64,000 nucleotides of DNA from Spirochaetia bacterium (lineage in GTDB: Bacteria; Spirochaetota; Spirochaetia; SZUA-6; Bin103), in NCBI GenBank assembly GCA_965203515.1, contig OZ241907.1, positions 2,368,001 to 2,432,000 on the forward strand. The letters are read 5' to 3'. Below are positions 28,099-37,570 of the stretch, one piece after another. Position 1 is the first letter of the stretch. Each line of letters opens with the position of its first letter. The notes beneath the pieces are model-generated. The model saw nothing but the letters and a program-made list of their open reading frames with translations. It ran no database searches and was not told where the DNA came from. The position numbers and the translations under genes are program-made.

Positions 28099-29398
28099 TC
28101 ACCAGCGGCGGCGCGATCTTGACGCACTCGCCTGCCACCCCCACCGGCGCGAACAGCAGCAGGCCCTTGCGGAAGCACGCCTGGGTGATCGCCGCCGCGG
28201 TCGCCGCGTCGGGATCGCGCGTGCCGGGCCGCATCACCTGGATGCCGGCGACCAGCCCGCGGCCGTGCAGGCATGCCAGGACCGGCGCGTAGGGTTCGAC
28301 GATGCGGATCAGCTCCGCCATCAGGATGCGGCCCAGCGCCTCGGCCCGCTCGACCAGACGCTCGCGCTCGATCAGGTCGAGGTTGGCCAGCGCCGCCGCC
28401 GCCCCGGCCGGATAGCCGGAGTGGGTCGAGGTCATGGACCCCGGCGGGTACAGGTCCATGATGTCGCGCCGGCCGATCACGGCCGCCAGCGGCAGGCTGG
28501 AGGTGATCCCCTTGCCGCAGGTGATCAGGTCGGGGGTGACGCCGTAGTGTTCGAAGGCGAACATCCGCCCGGTCCGGCCGAAGCCGGACTGCACCTCGTC
28601 GAAGATGGTGACGATGTCGTGTTCGGCCGCGTAGGCGCACAGCGCCTGCGCGTACTCGTCAGGCAGGAAGTCCGGCCCGACCCCCTGGAATGACTCGGTG
28701 ATGATGGCGGCTATCTGGCCGGGTTCCACGCCGGCCTCGGCGAGCGCTGCCGGGAAGGCGGCGAAGGAGGTGTCCGGGTTCTTGAACCCGTCGGGGAACG
28801 GCACGCGGACGAAGGTCGCCCCCTCGCCGGCCAGCCACTCGTGCTGAGCGGCCATGCCGCCGGCGAGCTGCGCCCCCATCGTGCGGCCGTGGAAGGCGTT
28901 GCGGAAGGAGACCACGACCCGCTTGGCCGGCCCGTGCGTCCGCAGGCCGTAGGTCTTGGCCAGCTTGATGGCCGCCTCGTTGGCTTCGCTGCCGGTGGTC
29001 AGCACGAATACCGCGTAGTCGTCCGGGTCCGGGGCGAGCGCCTGCAGGCGCTCGGCGAGGGCGGCGCGCCGTTCGTGCGGGAAGACGTAAGCCGACAGCA
29101 GCGGCCGCGCCGCCGACGCCGCCACGGCGTCGCGGATCTCGCCGCGGCCGTGGCCGGCGTTGGCGATGAGCACGCCGGACGACCAATCGATCCAGGTGTT
29201 GCCCCAGGCGTCGGAGACCTGGAATCGGTCGGCGCGGTCCCAGACGATCGGCGGCTGGCCGGCCATCGAGCGCGGCTCGGCGGCGCGAAGCCGCCTCAGC
29301 ACCGGCAGCGACTCCGGCACCGGCAGCGGCGTGCGGATGCGGCGATGCCTGGTGCGGACCGGCGGCACCTCCGCCGGCTCCAGCGAATACTCAGCCAC
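27998..29398 (-). CDS. Class III PLP-dependent aminotransferase
   Basis: TTGSEANEAAIK, AFHGRTMG, FDEVQSGFGRTG, CGKGITSSLP (PLP lysine); GTG 29398. Confidence 0.93.
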   Translation of the reverse strand: MAEYSLEPAEVPPVRTRHRRIRTPLPVPESLPVLRRLRAAEPRSMAGQPPIVWDRADRFQVSDAWGNTWIDWSSGVLIANAGHGRGEIRDAVAASAARPLLSAYVFPHERRAALAERLQALAPDPDDYAVFVLTTGSEANEAAIKLAKTYGLRTHGPAKRVVVSFRNAFHGRTMGAQLAGGMAAQHEWLAGEGATFVRVPFPDGFKNPDTSFAAFPAALAEAGVEPGQIAAIITESFQGVGPDFLPDEYAQALCAYAAEHDIVTIFDEVQSGFGRTGRMFAFEHYGVTPDLITCGKGITSSLPLAAVIGRRDIMDLYPPGSMTSTHSGYPAGAAAALANLDLIERERLVERAEALGRILMAELIRIVEPYAPVLACLHGRGLVAGIQVMRPGTRDPDAATAAAITQACFRKGLLLFAPVGVAGECVKIAPPLVITEAALRESLAVFREACAEVLDGRGPAPETPGR

Positions 29399-30653
29399 GC
29401 CCGACTTCCGGCGACCCGCCATAGTCGATGCGGGCCGGCGCGCCGGCCGCTGCCAGCGAACGCCGCGCCGCCTCGACCACGTGCTCATTGACGGCGCTGT
29501 TGCACGGCGTGGCGATGAGGCCCTGCCGGTCGATCGCCTGCAGCCGGACGCGCCGTTCGTCGAGCGGCAGCCCGCGCAGAGCGCGGGCGGTGCGCACGCC
29601 GGCGGCCATCGACTCGAAGCCGTAGCCGATCGGCTCCGCTCCGGCGCCGTCCCGCGGCGCCAGGCGGAAGAAGTCGGGGTTCACGAAGTTGAACCGGCTG
29701 CCGCCGGGGCCGGTCGCCGCGGCGTAGGCGTACTCGACGCCGCGGTGCTGATCGTCGTGGTCGATCAGCCCGGAGCGGCCGTCCCCTTCGCAATACAGGG
29801 TCATGCCCTGATCGTTGGAGCCGGCGCCGGCATCGGGATAGCCGAGGCCGGCGCTCACCGACAGGATCGCGCCGTTCTCCCAGTGCACGCGTCCGTGCGC
29901 CCAGAGGTACCCGACGTTGCCGTTGGGAAAGGAGCCGGTCGCGCCGGCGGCGCTCACCAGCACGGGCCGCAGGCCGGTGATGAAGTGGACCAGATCCACG
30001 TAGTGGCAGCCAACGTAGGTGAACGGATCGCTGTGGTCGCAGGTGAACCAGTTCTGAAAGTTGGAGTGGCGGTAGAAGTAGGGCTCGAACATCCGCGCCT
30101 CGCCGTAGGCGAACCGCCCGAAGTCGCCGCGCCGGTACTGGCGCCGGGCTATCAACGATCGCCGGTCGAAGCGCTTGTGGTAGTCGGTCCCCACGAACAG
30201 GCCGCGCTCGGCGGCCAGCCCGCCGATCCTGCGCCCGTGCTCGATGCGCTGCACCAGCGGCTTGACGCTGTAGACGTGCTGGTCGCGCTGCAGCGCGTCG
30301 ACGATGATGCGGTAGTGCAGGTGGTCCGGCACCGCGACGAACACCAGGTGATGCGGGGGGAGCGAATCGAGCGCGCGCCGGTAGGCATCCGGGTCGCGGA
30401 CGCCGGAGGCCGGCTCGGGGCAGGCGGCAAAGCCTTGGCCGGGAAACGATTCGGCCAGCTCCGCGTCGGCGGCGAGCGGCCCCAGCCGCGCGCCGCTGGT
30501 GGCCGCGATCGAGATGGCGCCCACCTCCCCGCACCGCTGCAGGTGGTAGAGCGACGGCAGGATCACGTCGCGCGTGAACATGCCGGCGCCCACCACCACG
30601 ACGTCGAGCGGTCCGCTCGCCTGCGAACTACCGTCGGGCTGCATACTGCTCAT
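29391..30653 (-). CDS. Gfo/Idh/MocA family oxidoreductase
   Basis: VVVVGAGMF Rossmann motif, VAVPDHLH, VKPL, DYHKRFD, YVGCHYVD. Confidence 0.88.
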   Translation of the reverse strand: MSSMQPDGSSQASGPLDVVVVGAGMFTRDVILPSLYHLQRCGEVGAISIAATSGARLGPLAADAELAESFPGQGFAACPEPASGVRDPDAYRRALDSLPPHHLVFVAVPDHLHYRIIVDALQRDQHVYSVKPLVQRIEHGRRIGGLAAERGLFVGTDYHKRFDRRSLIARRQYRRGDFGRFAYGEARMFEPYFYRHSNFQNWFTCDHSDPFTYVGCHYVDLVHFITGLRPVLVSAAGATGSFPNGNVGYLWAHGRVHWENGAILSVSAGLGYPDAGAGSNDQGMTLYCEGDGRSGLIDHDDQHRGVEYAYAAATGPGGSRFNFVNPDFFRLAPRDGAGAEPIGYGFESMAAGVRTARALRGLPLDERRVRLQAIDRQGLIATPCNSAVNEHVVEAARRSLAAAGAPARIDYGGSPEVGRG

Positions 30654-30783
30654 CGACTCTGGCGTGCCCGGGGCGCGGCGCCCGCGCGCGGCGGCCCATG
30701 GTACCGCGCCGCCGAATCCCGGTCAAAATCCGCAGTACCGCCGCACGGCGATCGTGGGATAGCATGACCGGGGAGCCACGACC

Positions 30784-32427
30784 ATGACCGTCGCCGAGAG
30801 GATCGCCGACCGGGCGCGTCAGGAGGGACTCGACCGCTACTTCGGCCTGCCGGGGTCGGGCGCACTGATGGACCTGATGGACGCCGGACGCCGCGCCGGG
30901 CTCGATCTGGTCCTGACCGGCCACGAGTCGAGCGCCGCCATCACCGCCGCCTACTACGGCTACCTGCGCGGCGGCGCCGGACTGGCGATCGGCATCAAGG
31001 GACCGGGAGCCGGCAACCTGGCCGGCGGGGCGGTCAACGCCTTCTTCGAGCGTATGCCGGTCGTTTGCCTGTGCGAGCGGACGCCGGACGGCGGCCGCGC
31101 CGACATCGCCCAGCGGTGCGATCAGGAGCCGCTGTTCGCGCCGGTGGCCAAGGCCGCCCTGGAGATCGACGCGGCCGGCGACCCCGGCGCCGCCATCGAC
31201 GCCGCCTTTGCCGCCGCCGCGGCCGGCCGGCCGGGACCGGCCCTCCTGCAGTGGCCCTCCGACCTGGGGCAGGCCGACGCCGGCAGCGGCCGGACCGAAC
31301 GGCCGGCGGCGCGGCTGGGCGGACCGCCCCCGGACCCGGCGGCGCTGGCCCGCGCGGCGCGGCTGGCCGGCGGCTGGCGGCGGCCGGTCGTGATCCTGGG
31401 CCCGGACATCGCCCGCGCCGGCGCCGGCGGCGCCGTGCGCGCGCTGATCGACCGGATGCGGCCGGCGGTGCTGCTGGGCTTCCACGCGCGCGGCCTGATA
31501 CCGGAGGACGATCCGCGCTTCGCCGGCGTGTTCATGGCGCTGCCGGGATCCAACGTGCTGGCCAACCGCATCCTGGCCGAGTCCGACGGCGCGCTGCTGA
31601 TCGGCGTCGACGGCCTGGCGGTGGAAGGCGCATGGGACACCGGTGGCGGCCCGCCCACCTGCGAGCTGGTTGCGCTGCCGGAGTTCGAGACGGTATCGCC
31701 GTCGCCCGCAGCGCGCGTCGACGGCGACCTCGGCGCCTCGCTTGCGGCCCTGACCGCCGCCTTGCCGACCCGGACCGACCCGGGCTTCCCGCCGGAACGG
31801 GTGGCCGCCATCCGCGCCGAGGTCCTGACGCGCTGCTTCACCCGGCCGCCGGACGCGCGCCTCGCCGCCCAGGACGTGGTGGCGGTCGCCCGCGAGCTGC
31901 TGCCGGAGGACGGCATCCTGGTCTCCGAGACCGGCATCTTCATCCTGATGCTCGACCACCTGTGGCCGGTGACCCGGCCGGACACCTTCTTCGGCACCGG
32001 CGGCGGCCGCACGATGGGCCTGACCGTACCGGCGGCGCTGGGCGCCAAGCTCGCTCGCCCGGATACGCCGGTGATAGGCATCGGCGGCGACGGCAGCCTG
32101 CTCATGCGGCTCGGCGAGCTGGAGACCTTCGCCCGTACCGGCGCGGCCGTGCCGCTGGTGATCGTCAACGACCAGGCGCACGGCACCATCCGGTCACGGC
32201 AGAAGACCCGCGGCCTTGCCCCCTACTCCCTGCAGTTCGCGCCGGTCGACTACGCGGCGGTCGCGCGCGCCGGCGGGCTGCGCGGCGCCACCGTGTACGA
32301 CCCGGACGCGCTGCGGCGCGAGCTGGCCGCGGCGCTCGACGCGGACGTCGCTACGCTGATCGACGTCCGCGTCGACCCGCAACCCTACCAGGACAGCTTC
32401 GGCCCCACCGTGGGCGTCCTTTCCTGA
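30784..32427 (+). CDS. Thiamine pyrophosphate-dependent enzyme (acetolactate synthase-like family)
   Basis: FGLPGSG, GHESSAA (conserved Glu), GPGAGN, GGDGSLLM...VND TPP motif. Confidence 0.9.
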   Translation: MTVAERIADRARQEGLDRYFGLPGSGALMDLMDAGRRAGLDLVLTGHESSAAITAAYYGYLRGGAGLAIGIKGPGAGNLAGGAVNAFFERMPVVCLCERTPDGGRADIAQRCDQEPLFAPVAKAALEIDAAGDPGAAIDAAFAAAAAGRPGPALLQWPSDLGQADAGSGRTERPAARLGGPPPDPAALARAARLAGGWRRPVVILGPDIARAGAGGAVRALIDRMRPAVLLGFHARGLIPEDDPRFAGVFMALPGSNVLANRILAESDGALLIGVDGLAVEGAWDTGGGPPTCELVALPEFETVSPSPAARVDGDLGASLAALTAALPTRTDPGFPPERVAAIRAEVLTRCFTRPPDARLAAQDVVAVARELLPEDGILVSETGIFILMLDHLWPVTRPDTFFGTGGGRTMGLTVPAALGAKLARPDTPVIGIGGDGSLLMRLGELETFARTGAAVPLVIVNDQAHGTIRSRQKTRGLAPYSLQFAPVDYAAVARAGGLRGATVYDPDALRRELAAALDADVATLIDVRVDPQPYQDSFGPTVGVLS

Positions 32428-32469
32428 CGCCGCCGGACCGGCCGGCGACGACCGGCACGCTCGGGCGGC

Positions 32470-33507
32470 TCAGGCGCCGGCGCCGCCCGGCGCGCGGCCG
32501 CGCAACAGGTAGCGGGCGCGCGCCGTCTCGGCAAGGCGAAAGGCGGCGTAGCGCGGGCGGTTGAGGGCCGCGTCGTACGCCGGCGCGCGGTGCACGATCG
32601 TCCCGCCGAAGCCGGTCTTCATGCGATACAGGCCGGCCATCGGCAGGGCCGGGTCGGCGCTGCGCGGAATGCCGAACAGGTCGTAGGTATGACAGCCCGC
32701 CTCCCGGGCCAGACGCATCGCGGCCCACTGCAGACGGTAGTTGGGCATCGCCTGCCGATGGCGGTCGGACGACGCGCCGTACAGGTAGCGCGCGCGCCGG
32801 CCGAACAGCGACACGACGATGCCGGCCACCTGCTCGCCGGCGTACTCGGCCATCAGCAGGAGCAGGCGCGGCCGCCGGCCGGGGTACGCGGCGGCGGTGG
32901 CGAACAACTCGCCGAAGTAGCGCCGGCTGTGCCGCGTGATGCCCTGCCGGCGCGCCATGCCGCAATGCAGGCGATACCAGCCGTCCAGGCCCGCCGGGCC
33001 GGCCTCGCGCACCACCACGCCCCGGCGCTCGGAGAGGCGGACATTGTAGCGGGTCTTGGGCTTCATCGCCGCCAGCAGCTCCGCGTCATCGCGCCGCAGG
33101 TCGACGATCACGGTGCTCTGCGGTTGCACGGCCGGCGCCGCCCGCACCGCGCCCGACCAGCGCTCCTCCGGCCACGGGGGATCGAAGCGGACGGCAAAGC
33201 TGGCCGGCGGCAGCAACGGGCGAACGGCGCGCGCCATGCGGTCGAGGTAGGCGCCGCTCTCTCCGGACGGCGCTTCGGTCCCCGGTCCGAGCGGGCAGTA
33301 CACGAAGGTGCCGGCCGGCGTGCGGCGGCAGAGCAGCAGGACGGTGCCGGCGGCGGCACCGACGCCGGCGCCGGTCACGGCGACCGGCAGCGGCCGCCAC
33401 CCCAGCCGGCGGCGAAAGGCGCCCCAGAAGCCGCTCTGCAGCAACTCGTCGCCGGCCAGCGCGTCGAGCTCGACGCGCCCGGCCCGCACGTCGTCCGGTC
33501 CCGCCAC
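32470..33507 (-). CDS. FemABX-family peptidoglycan bridge aminoacyltransferase (start uncertain)
   Basis: LLQSGFWG, MKPKTRYNVRLS, YLYGASS, MPNYRLQW, YDLFGI, GLYRMKTGFGG. Confidence 0.9.
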   Translation of the reverse strand: MAGPDDVRAGRVELDALAGDELLQSGFWGAFRRRLGWRPLPVAVTGAGVGAAAGTVLLLCRRTPAGTFVYCPLGPGTEAPSGESGAYLDRMARAVRPLLPPASFAVRFDPPWPEERWSGAVRAAPAVQPQSTVIVDLRRDDAELLAAMKPKTRYNVRLSERRGVVVREAGPAGLDGWYRLHCGMARRQGITRHSRRYFGELFATAAAYPGRRPRLLLLMAEYAGEQVAGIVVSLFGRRARYLYGASSDRHRQAMPNYRLQWAAMRLAREAGCHTYDLFGIPRSADPALPMAGLYRMKTGFGGTIVHRAPAYDAALNRPRYAAFRLAETARARYLLRGRAPGGAGA

Positions 33508-33605
33508 GCGGCGAGCATGCACCGAAGCCGGCCGCAAGACGAAGGAGGCGGCGCGCCGGTTTCGGCGCCGCCGGGCCAGCGGCGGCCGGGACCGCGGCGG
33601 CCGGG

Positions 33606-34793
33606 TCAGCGGCGCAGCGCGCCGATCAGGCGGGTCGCCTCCTCCGCCGACAGCTTGCCCTCCTTGAGCATCTCCAGCACCAGCCGGACCTCTTGCTCCG
33701 TATCCGCGGCGCCTTTGCGCTCGGGCTCATGGTCGCCGTCGGCGTGCCGGCCCGGTCCGTGATGCCCGGGCCGGCCGCCGCCGCCACGCCATCGCCCGCC
33801 GCCCGGACCGGGCCGGAACCCGGCGCCGCGGCGACCGGGACCGCGGCGGCCGGGACCGCGGCCGAACGCCTCGAACACCTGCCGGGAGATCTCCTCTCCC
33901 AGCTTGCCGAACTTGAGGCCGTAGCCGCGCATGTCCTTGAGGAACTCCCACATCTCGGGAGGAAACTCGAACGACCAGTCCGGATCGTCCCACGCGCGGT
34001 CGTCATCGTCGGCGCACGCGCGGTCACCCGCCCGGCGCTCCTGATCGTCGAAGTCGTCGAAACCGACCATTTCGCACCTCCCCAGCGTATGCACGAAGAT
34101 CGAGAACGCGCCCGACCCCAACGCCACCTGCGCGAATCCGGGGCCGGTGGTGACCACCGACGAGCCGAGACGGTTCACCAGGCGGCCGCGCGCCTTTACG
34201 GTGGCGGTCGCGTCCGCGTCGGACGGCAGCGCCAGCAGGACGCGGCCCGAGCCCGACATGACCGCCACCTTGCCGTCGCCGGACGGCCGGAACTGCAGGG
34301 CCACGCGGCCGCTGGCGTTGTGGAACTTGCCGCCGGTCAGCTCCGCGTCGCGCACCGTCACCTTGCCGTTCGCGGCCGAGACGTTGAGTTGCCCGGTGAT
34401 CCGTTCCGCGGTGATCGAGCCGTTCGCGCAACGCGCCTCCGCAGTCCCGTTGAGGTCCTGCAGGGTGACCGCGCCGTTGGCCGTGCGCACGCGCACCGTC
34501 CCTTCCAGGCCGGCGACCAGCACGCGGCCGTTGACGGTATCGACCGCCAGCTCCCAGGTGCGCGCCGCCGGCAGCGACAGCTCCAGCGAGCCGGTCACCT
34601 GTTCGCCGCCGTCTTCGCCGCGCGGCTCGGTGATCTCCAGCCGGTCGCCGTCGCGAACGACCCGCACCGCTTCGAGGCCGTCACCGGCCAGCGTTCCGTG
34701 GTCGCCGTCGACCGCGCGCGCGACGATGCCGCGCCGGCGCGAAGCCAGGCGGATCGCCGACGCGCCCTCCAGATCGAGTGTGATGCTATCCAT
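33606..34793 (-). CDS. DUF4097 (Toastrack) beta-repeat protein with C-terminal SHOCT-like domain
   Basis: Repeats DTVNGRV/RTANGAV/CANGSI/SAANGKV; C-terminus EVRLVLEMLKEGKLSAEEATRLIGAL. Confidence 0.8.
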   Translation of the reverse strand: MDSITLDLEGASAIRLASRRRGIVARAVDGDHGTLAGDGLEAVRVVRDGDRLEITEPRGEDGGEQVTGSLELSLPAARTWELAVDTVNGRVLVAGLEGTVRVRTANGAVTLQDLNGTAEARCANGSITAERITGQLNVSAANGKVTVRDAELTGGKFHNASGRVALQFRPSGDGKVAVMSGSGRVLLALPSDADATATVKARGRLVNRLGSSVVTTGPGFAQVALGSGAFSIFVHTLGRCEMVGFDDFDDQERRAGDRACADDDDRAWDDPDWSFEFPPEMWEFLKDMRGYGLKFGKLGEEISRQVFEAFGRGPGRRGPGRRGAGFRPGPGGGRWRGGGGRPGHHGPGRHADGDHEPERKGAADTEQEVRLVLEMLKEGKLSAEEATRLIGALRR

Positions 34794-35238
34794 CTCCGGT
34801 ACCTCCCCCGGCGCCCTTCCCTTCCGTGTGCATGCCCTCCGCATGCAGGCGCCGCATGACCTCATCGAGCGACAGCTCCCCGTCGCGGAGGCGGCGCAGG
34901 AGCAGCAGGCGTTCCTCATTCCGGTTCGGCGCGTGCGCGAACGCGGCCGCGGACGGCGCCGCCGCTGCCGCCTCGAGCGCGGCGTTCACCGCCGCCAAAC
35001 GCGCCTTGACGGTCGGATAGGACAACCCCAGCCGCCGTTCGACCTCCCGCAGGTTGCCTTCGACGTGCAGGAACAGGCGCACGAAGTGGAGCAGGTCGGA
35101 CGGCAGCGCGCACAGGTCGCAGCGGTCGAAGCGGCCGCGAATCGCCGCGCCGCACGAACGGCACGCATATTCGGTGACCAGCAGCCGCTGATCGCAGATC
35201 GGGCACGCCCCCAGCGAGGGCTGTACGTCCGGCGCCAT
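34786..35238 (-). CDS. DUF2089 family protein (zinc ribbon + HTH)
   Basis: CPIC..CRSC, FLHVEGNLREVERRLGLSYPTVKARL; ATG 35238. Confidence 0.9.
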   Translation of the reverse strand: MAPDVQPSLGACPICDQRLLVTEYACRSCGAAIRGRFDRCDLCALPSDLLHFVRLFLHVEGNLREVERRLGLSYPTVKARLAAVNAALEAAAAAPSAAAFAHAPNRNEERLLLLRRLRDGELSLDEVMRRLHAEGMHTEGKGAGGGTGDG

Positions 35239-35243
35239 GACGG

Positions 35244-35273
35244 AAGCTACGAAGCAGCCCTTCACATAGTCAA
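35244..35273 (-). promoter_or_regulatory. Sigma70-type promoter directly abutting the DUF2089 start (leaderless candidate)
   Basis: TTGACT-18 nt-TAGCTT-5 nt-ATG, no SD. Confidence 0.6.
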
Positions 35274-35345
35274 ATCGCTCATGAACTTTTCTCAGGGATG
35301 CTCGACCGCCGGCAGAAGGCGGAAGCCGCCGGCCTCCGTGCGGGT

Positions 35346-35375
35346 TTGACCTTACCGCCGATTCAAGGGTATCGT
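35346..35375 (+). promoter_or_regulatory. Sigma70-type promoter candidate for hflKC
   Basis: TTGACC-18 nt-TATCGT; SD GGGAGGAG before ATG 35435. Confidence 0.55.
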
Positions 35376-35434
35376 TCGGAAAGCGTGTAAGGGGCCGGCC
35401 GGAGCGGGTCCCCGTCCCCCTCAAGGGAGGAGTC

Positions 35435-36430
35435 ATGTCCGACAACGATTCATCCGCAGAGCGCCGCCCCCCCGGCAGCATCAGCCCGCGGGCGGTCGGC
35501 CTCATGCTGATCGCCGTGGTGGTGGTCATCGTCGTGTTATCCAGCTTCTACGTCGTGGACGAACGGGAACGCGGCATCGTGCTGCGGTTCGGCCGCTACA
35601 TCGGCCGCGAGAGCGCTCCCGGCCTGCACCTCAAGCTGCCGTTCGGCATCGACCGGGTCTTCAACGTGCAGACGCAGGTGCGGCACAAGCTGGAGTTCGG
35701 CTTCCGCACCGAGGAGGCCGGCGTCCGCTCGGTCTTTTCCACCCAGGAGTTCCCGGAGGAGTCGATGATGCTGACCGGCGACCTCAACATCGTCGACGTA
35801 AAGTGGTCGATCCAGTACCGCATCTTCGAGCCCGACAAGTGGCTCTTCAACATCGTCGACGGCGAGACCACGATCAAGGACGTCTCGCGATCGGTGTTCA
35901 ACCGGCTGGTCGGCGACCGCGCGATCCTGGACGTGATCGGCGACGAGCGGGCGAACATCCAGTCGAAGGCGCAGGACGAGATGAACGACCTGTTCGAGAG
36001 CTACGACATAGGCGTGCGGGTCGTCACGGTGCAGTTGCAGAGCGTGGTGCCGCCGCGCGGGGCGGTGCGGAACGCCTTCGAGGACGTCAACAAGGCGATC
36101 CAGGACCGAAACCGGCTGATCAACGAGGGCAAGGAGGCGTACAACGAGGCGATCCCCCGCGCGCGCGGTGAGGCGGACCGGATCATCGCCGAAGCGGCAG
36201 GCTACCGGGCCGAGCGGCTCAATCGCTCCCAGGGCGACGTGTCGCGCTACCTGCAGTTGTACGAGGAGTACCGGAAGAGCCCCGACGTGACCCGGACGCG
36301 TCTCTACTATGAGATGTTCGAAGAGGTGTTCAAGGACGCCGACGGCACCGACCTGATCGACAAGAACCTGTCCAACTTCATCCCGCTCAAGCAGCTCGGA
36401 CAGGAGCTGTCACTTGGAGGGAACCAGTGA
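35435..36430 (+). CDS. hflK: FtsH modulator HflK
   Basis: MLTGDLNIVDV, AFEDVNKA, IPRARGEA, PDVTRTRLYYE. Confidence 0.95.
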   Translation: MSDNDSSAERRPPGSISPRAVGLMLIAVVVVIVVLSSFYVVDERERGIVLRFGRYIGRESAPGLHLKLPFGIDRVFNVQTQVRHKLEFGFRTEEAGVRSVFSTQEFPEESMMLTGDLNIVDVKWSIQYRIFEPDKWLFNIVDGETTIKDVSRSVFNRLVGDRAILDVIGDERANIQSKAQDEMNDLFESYDIGVRVVTVQLQSVVPPRGAVRNAFEDVNKAIQDRNRLINEGKEAYNEAIPRARGEADRIIAEAAGYRAERLNRSQGDVSRYLQLYEEYRKSPDVTRTRLYYEMFEEVFKDADGTDLIDKNLSNFIPLKQLGQELSLGGNQ

Positions 36431-37422
36431 AACGCTTCGTTACCATCGTCGTGGTCGCCGGCGCGGCCCTGCTGATCTTTCTGATGCTGGGGCCGTTCTA
36501 CGTGGTGCAGGAAGGGCAGCAGGCGATCGTCCTGCAGTTCGGCCGCATCGTGAACTCCAAGACGACCGCCGGGCTGGCGATCAAGGCGCCGCTGATCGAT
36601 CAGGTGGTGCGCTTTCCGAAGAAGATCATCTCCTGGGACGGCGAGCCGACCGAGGTGCCGACGCAGGAGGGGCAATTCATCTTCGTCGACACCACCGCCC
36701 GCTGGCGCATCGTCGACCCGGAGCTGTTCTATCAGTCGGTCACCGATGAGACCGGCGCGCAGACCCGGCTCGACGCGGTCATCGACTCGGCGGTCAAGGG
36801 GGTCATCTCCAATAACCGCCTGCGCGAGGCGGTGCGCAACAGCGACGTCATCAACACGATCGAACGCCGGAACGTCTATCAGGTCGAGTCCGGTACGCCG
36901 GGAGGCGAGACGCAGGACGTCGGTTCGATTCTGGGCGACACCTACACGGAGACCGAGTTCGCCGCGATCGAGAAGGGACGCGACGCGCTGTCCAACGAAA
37001 TGCTGATAAGCGCCAAAGATACGGCGCGGGCCCAGTACGGCATCGAGCTGATCGACGTGATCATCCGTCAGATCCGCTACTCGGACGACCTGACCGAGAG
37101 CGTCTACAGCCGCATGATCGCCGAGCGTCAGCAGATCGCTCAGGCGTTCCGCTCCGACGGCGAAGGGTTGAAGGACGAGTGGCTCGGCAACCGGGAGCGC
37201 GAGCGGCTGGAGATCATCTCCGAGGCGGAACGGCAGGCCAAGGTGATCCGCGGTGAGGCCGACGCCCAGGCGGCCGCGATCTACGCCGACGCCTACAACG
37301 TCGATCCCGAGTTCTACTCCTTCTTCAAGGCGATCGAATCGTACCGCAACCTGTTGCCCAACTTCCGCAAGACCCTGTCGACCGACGCGGAGTTCTTCGA
37401 CTACCTGTACAACCAGGGCTGA
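36427..37422 (+). CDS. hflC: FtsH modulator HflC
   Basis: RWRIVDP, VYSRMIAERQQIA..RSDGEG, IRGEADA, DPEFYSF. Confidence 0.95.
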   Translation: MKRFVTIVVVAGAALLIFLMLGPFYVVQEGQQAIVLQFGRIVNSKTTAGLAIKAPLIDQVVRFPKKIISWDGEPTEVPTQEGQFIFVDTTARWRIVDPELFYQSVTDETGAQTRLDAVIDSAVKGVISNNRLREAVRNSDVINTIERRNVYQVESGTPGGETQDVGSILGDTYTETEFAAIEKGRDALSNEMLISAKDTARAQYGIELIDVIIRQIRYSDDLTESVYSRMIAERQQIAQAFRSDGEGLKDEWLGNRERERLEIISEAERQAKVIRGEADAQAAAIYADAYNVDPEFYSFFKAIESYRNLLPNFRKTLSTDAEFFDYLYNQG

Positions 37423-37473
37423 ACCGGACGCCGGCAATCGCCTCGCCGGCGGACCGGGGCGGCGTTCCGGGAA

Positions 37474-37508
37474 CGAACCGTGACGGCGGCGCCCGCCGTC
37501 ACGGTTCG
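37474..37508. terminator. Perfect 16-bp stem-loop downstream of hflC
   Basis: CGAACCGTGACGGCGG-cgc-CCGCCGTCACGGTTCG; no U-tract. Confidence 0.6.
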
Positions 37509-37570
37509 CCCTCGGTCCGGCGCAAAGCGAAGAACCATTCCTGCCGATATAGATAGAGAAAGACCGATCG

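Noticed and set aside
33586..33855. 20-nt sequence shared between the DUF4097 linker and its downstream spacer
   Set aside because: Low-complexity GC-rich sequence; no functional pattern supported.
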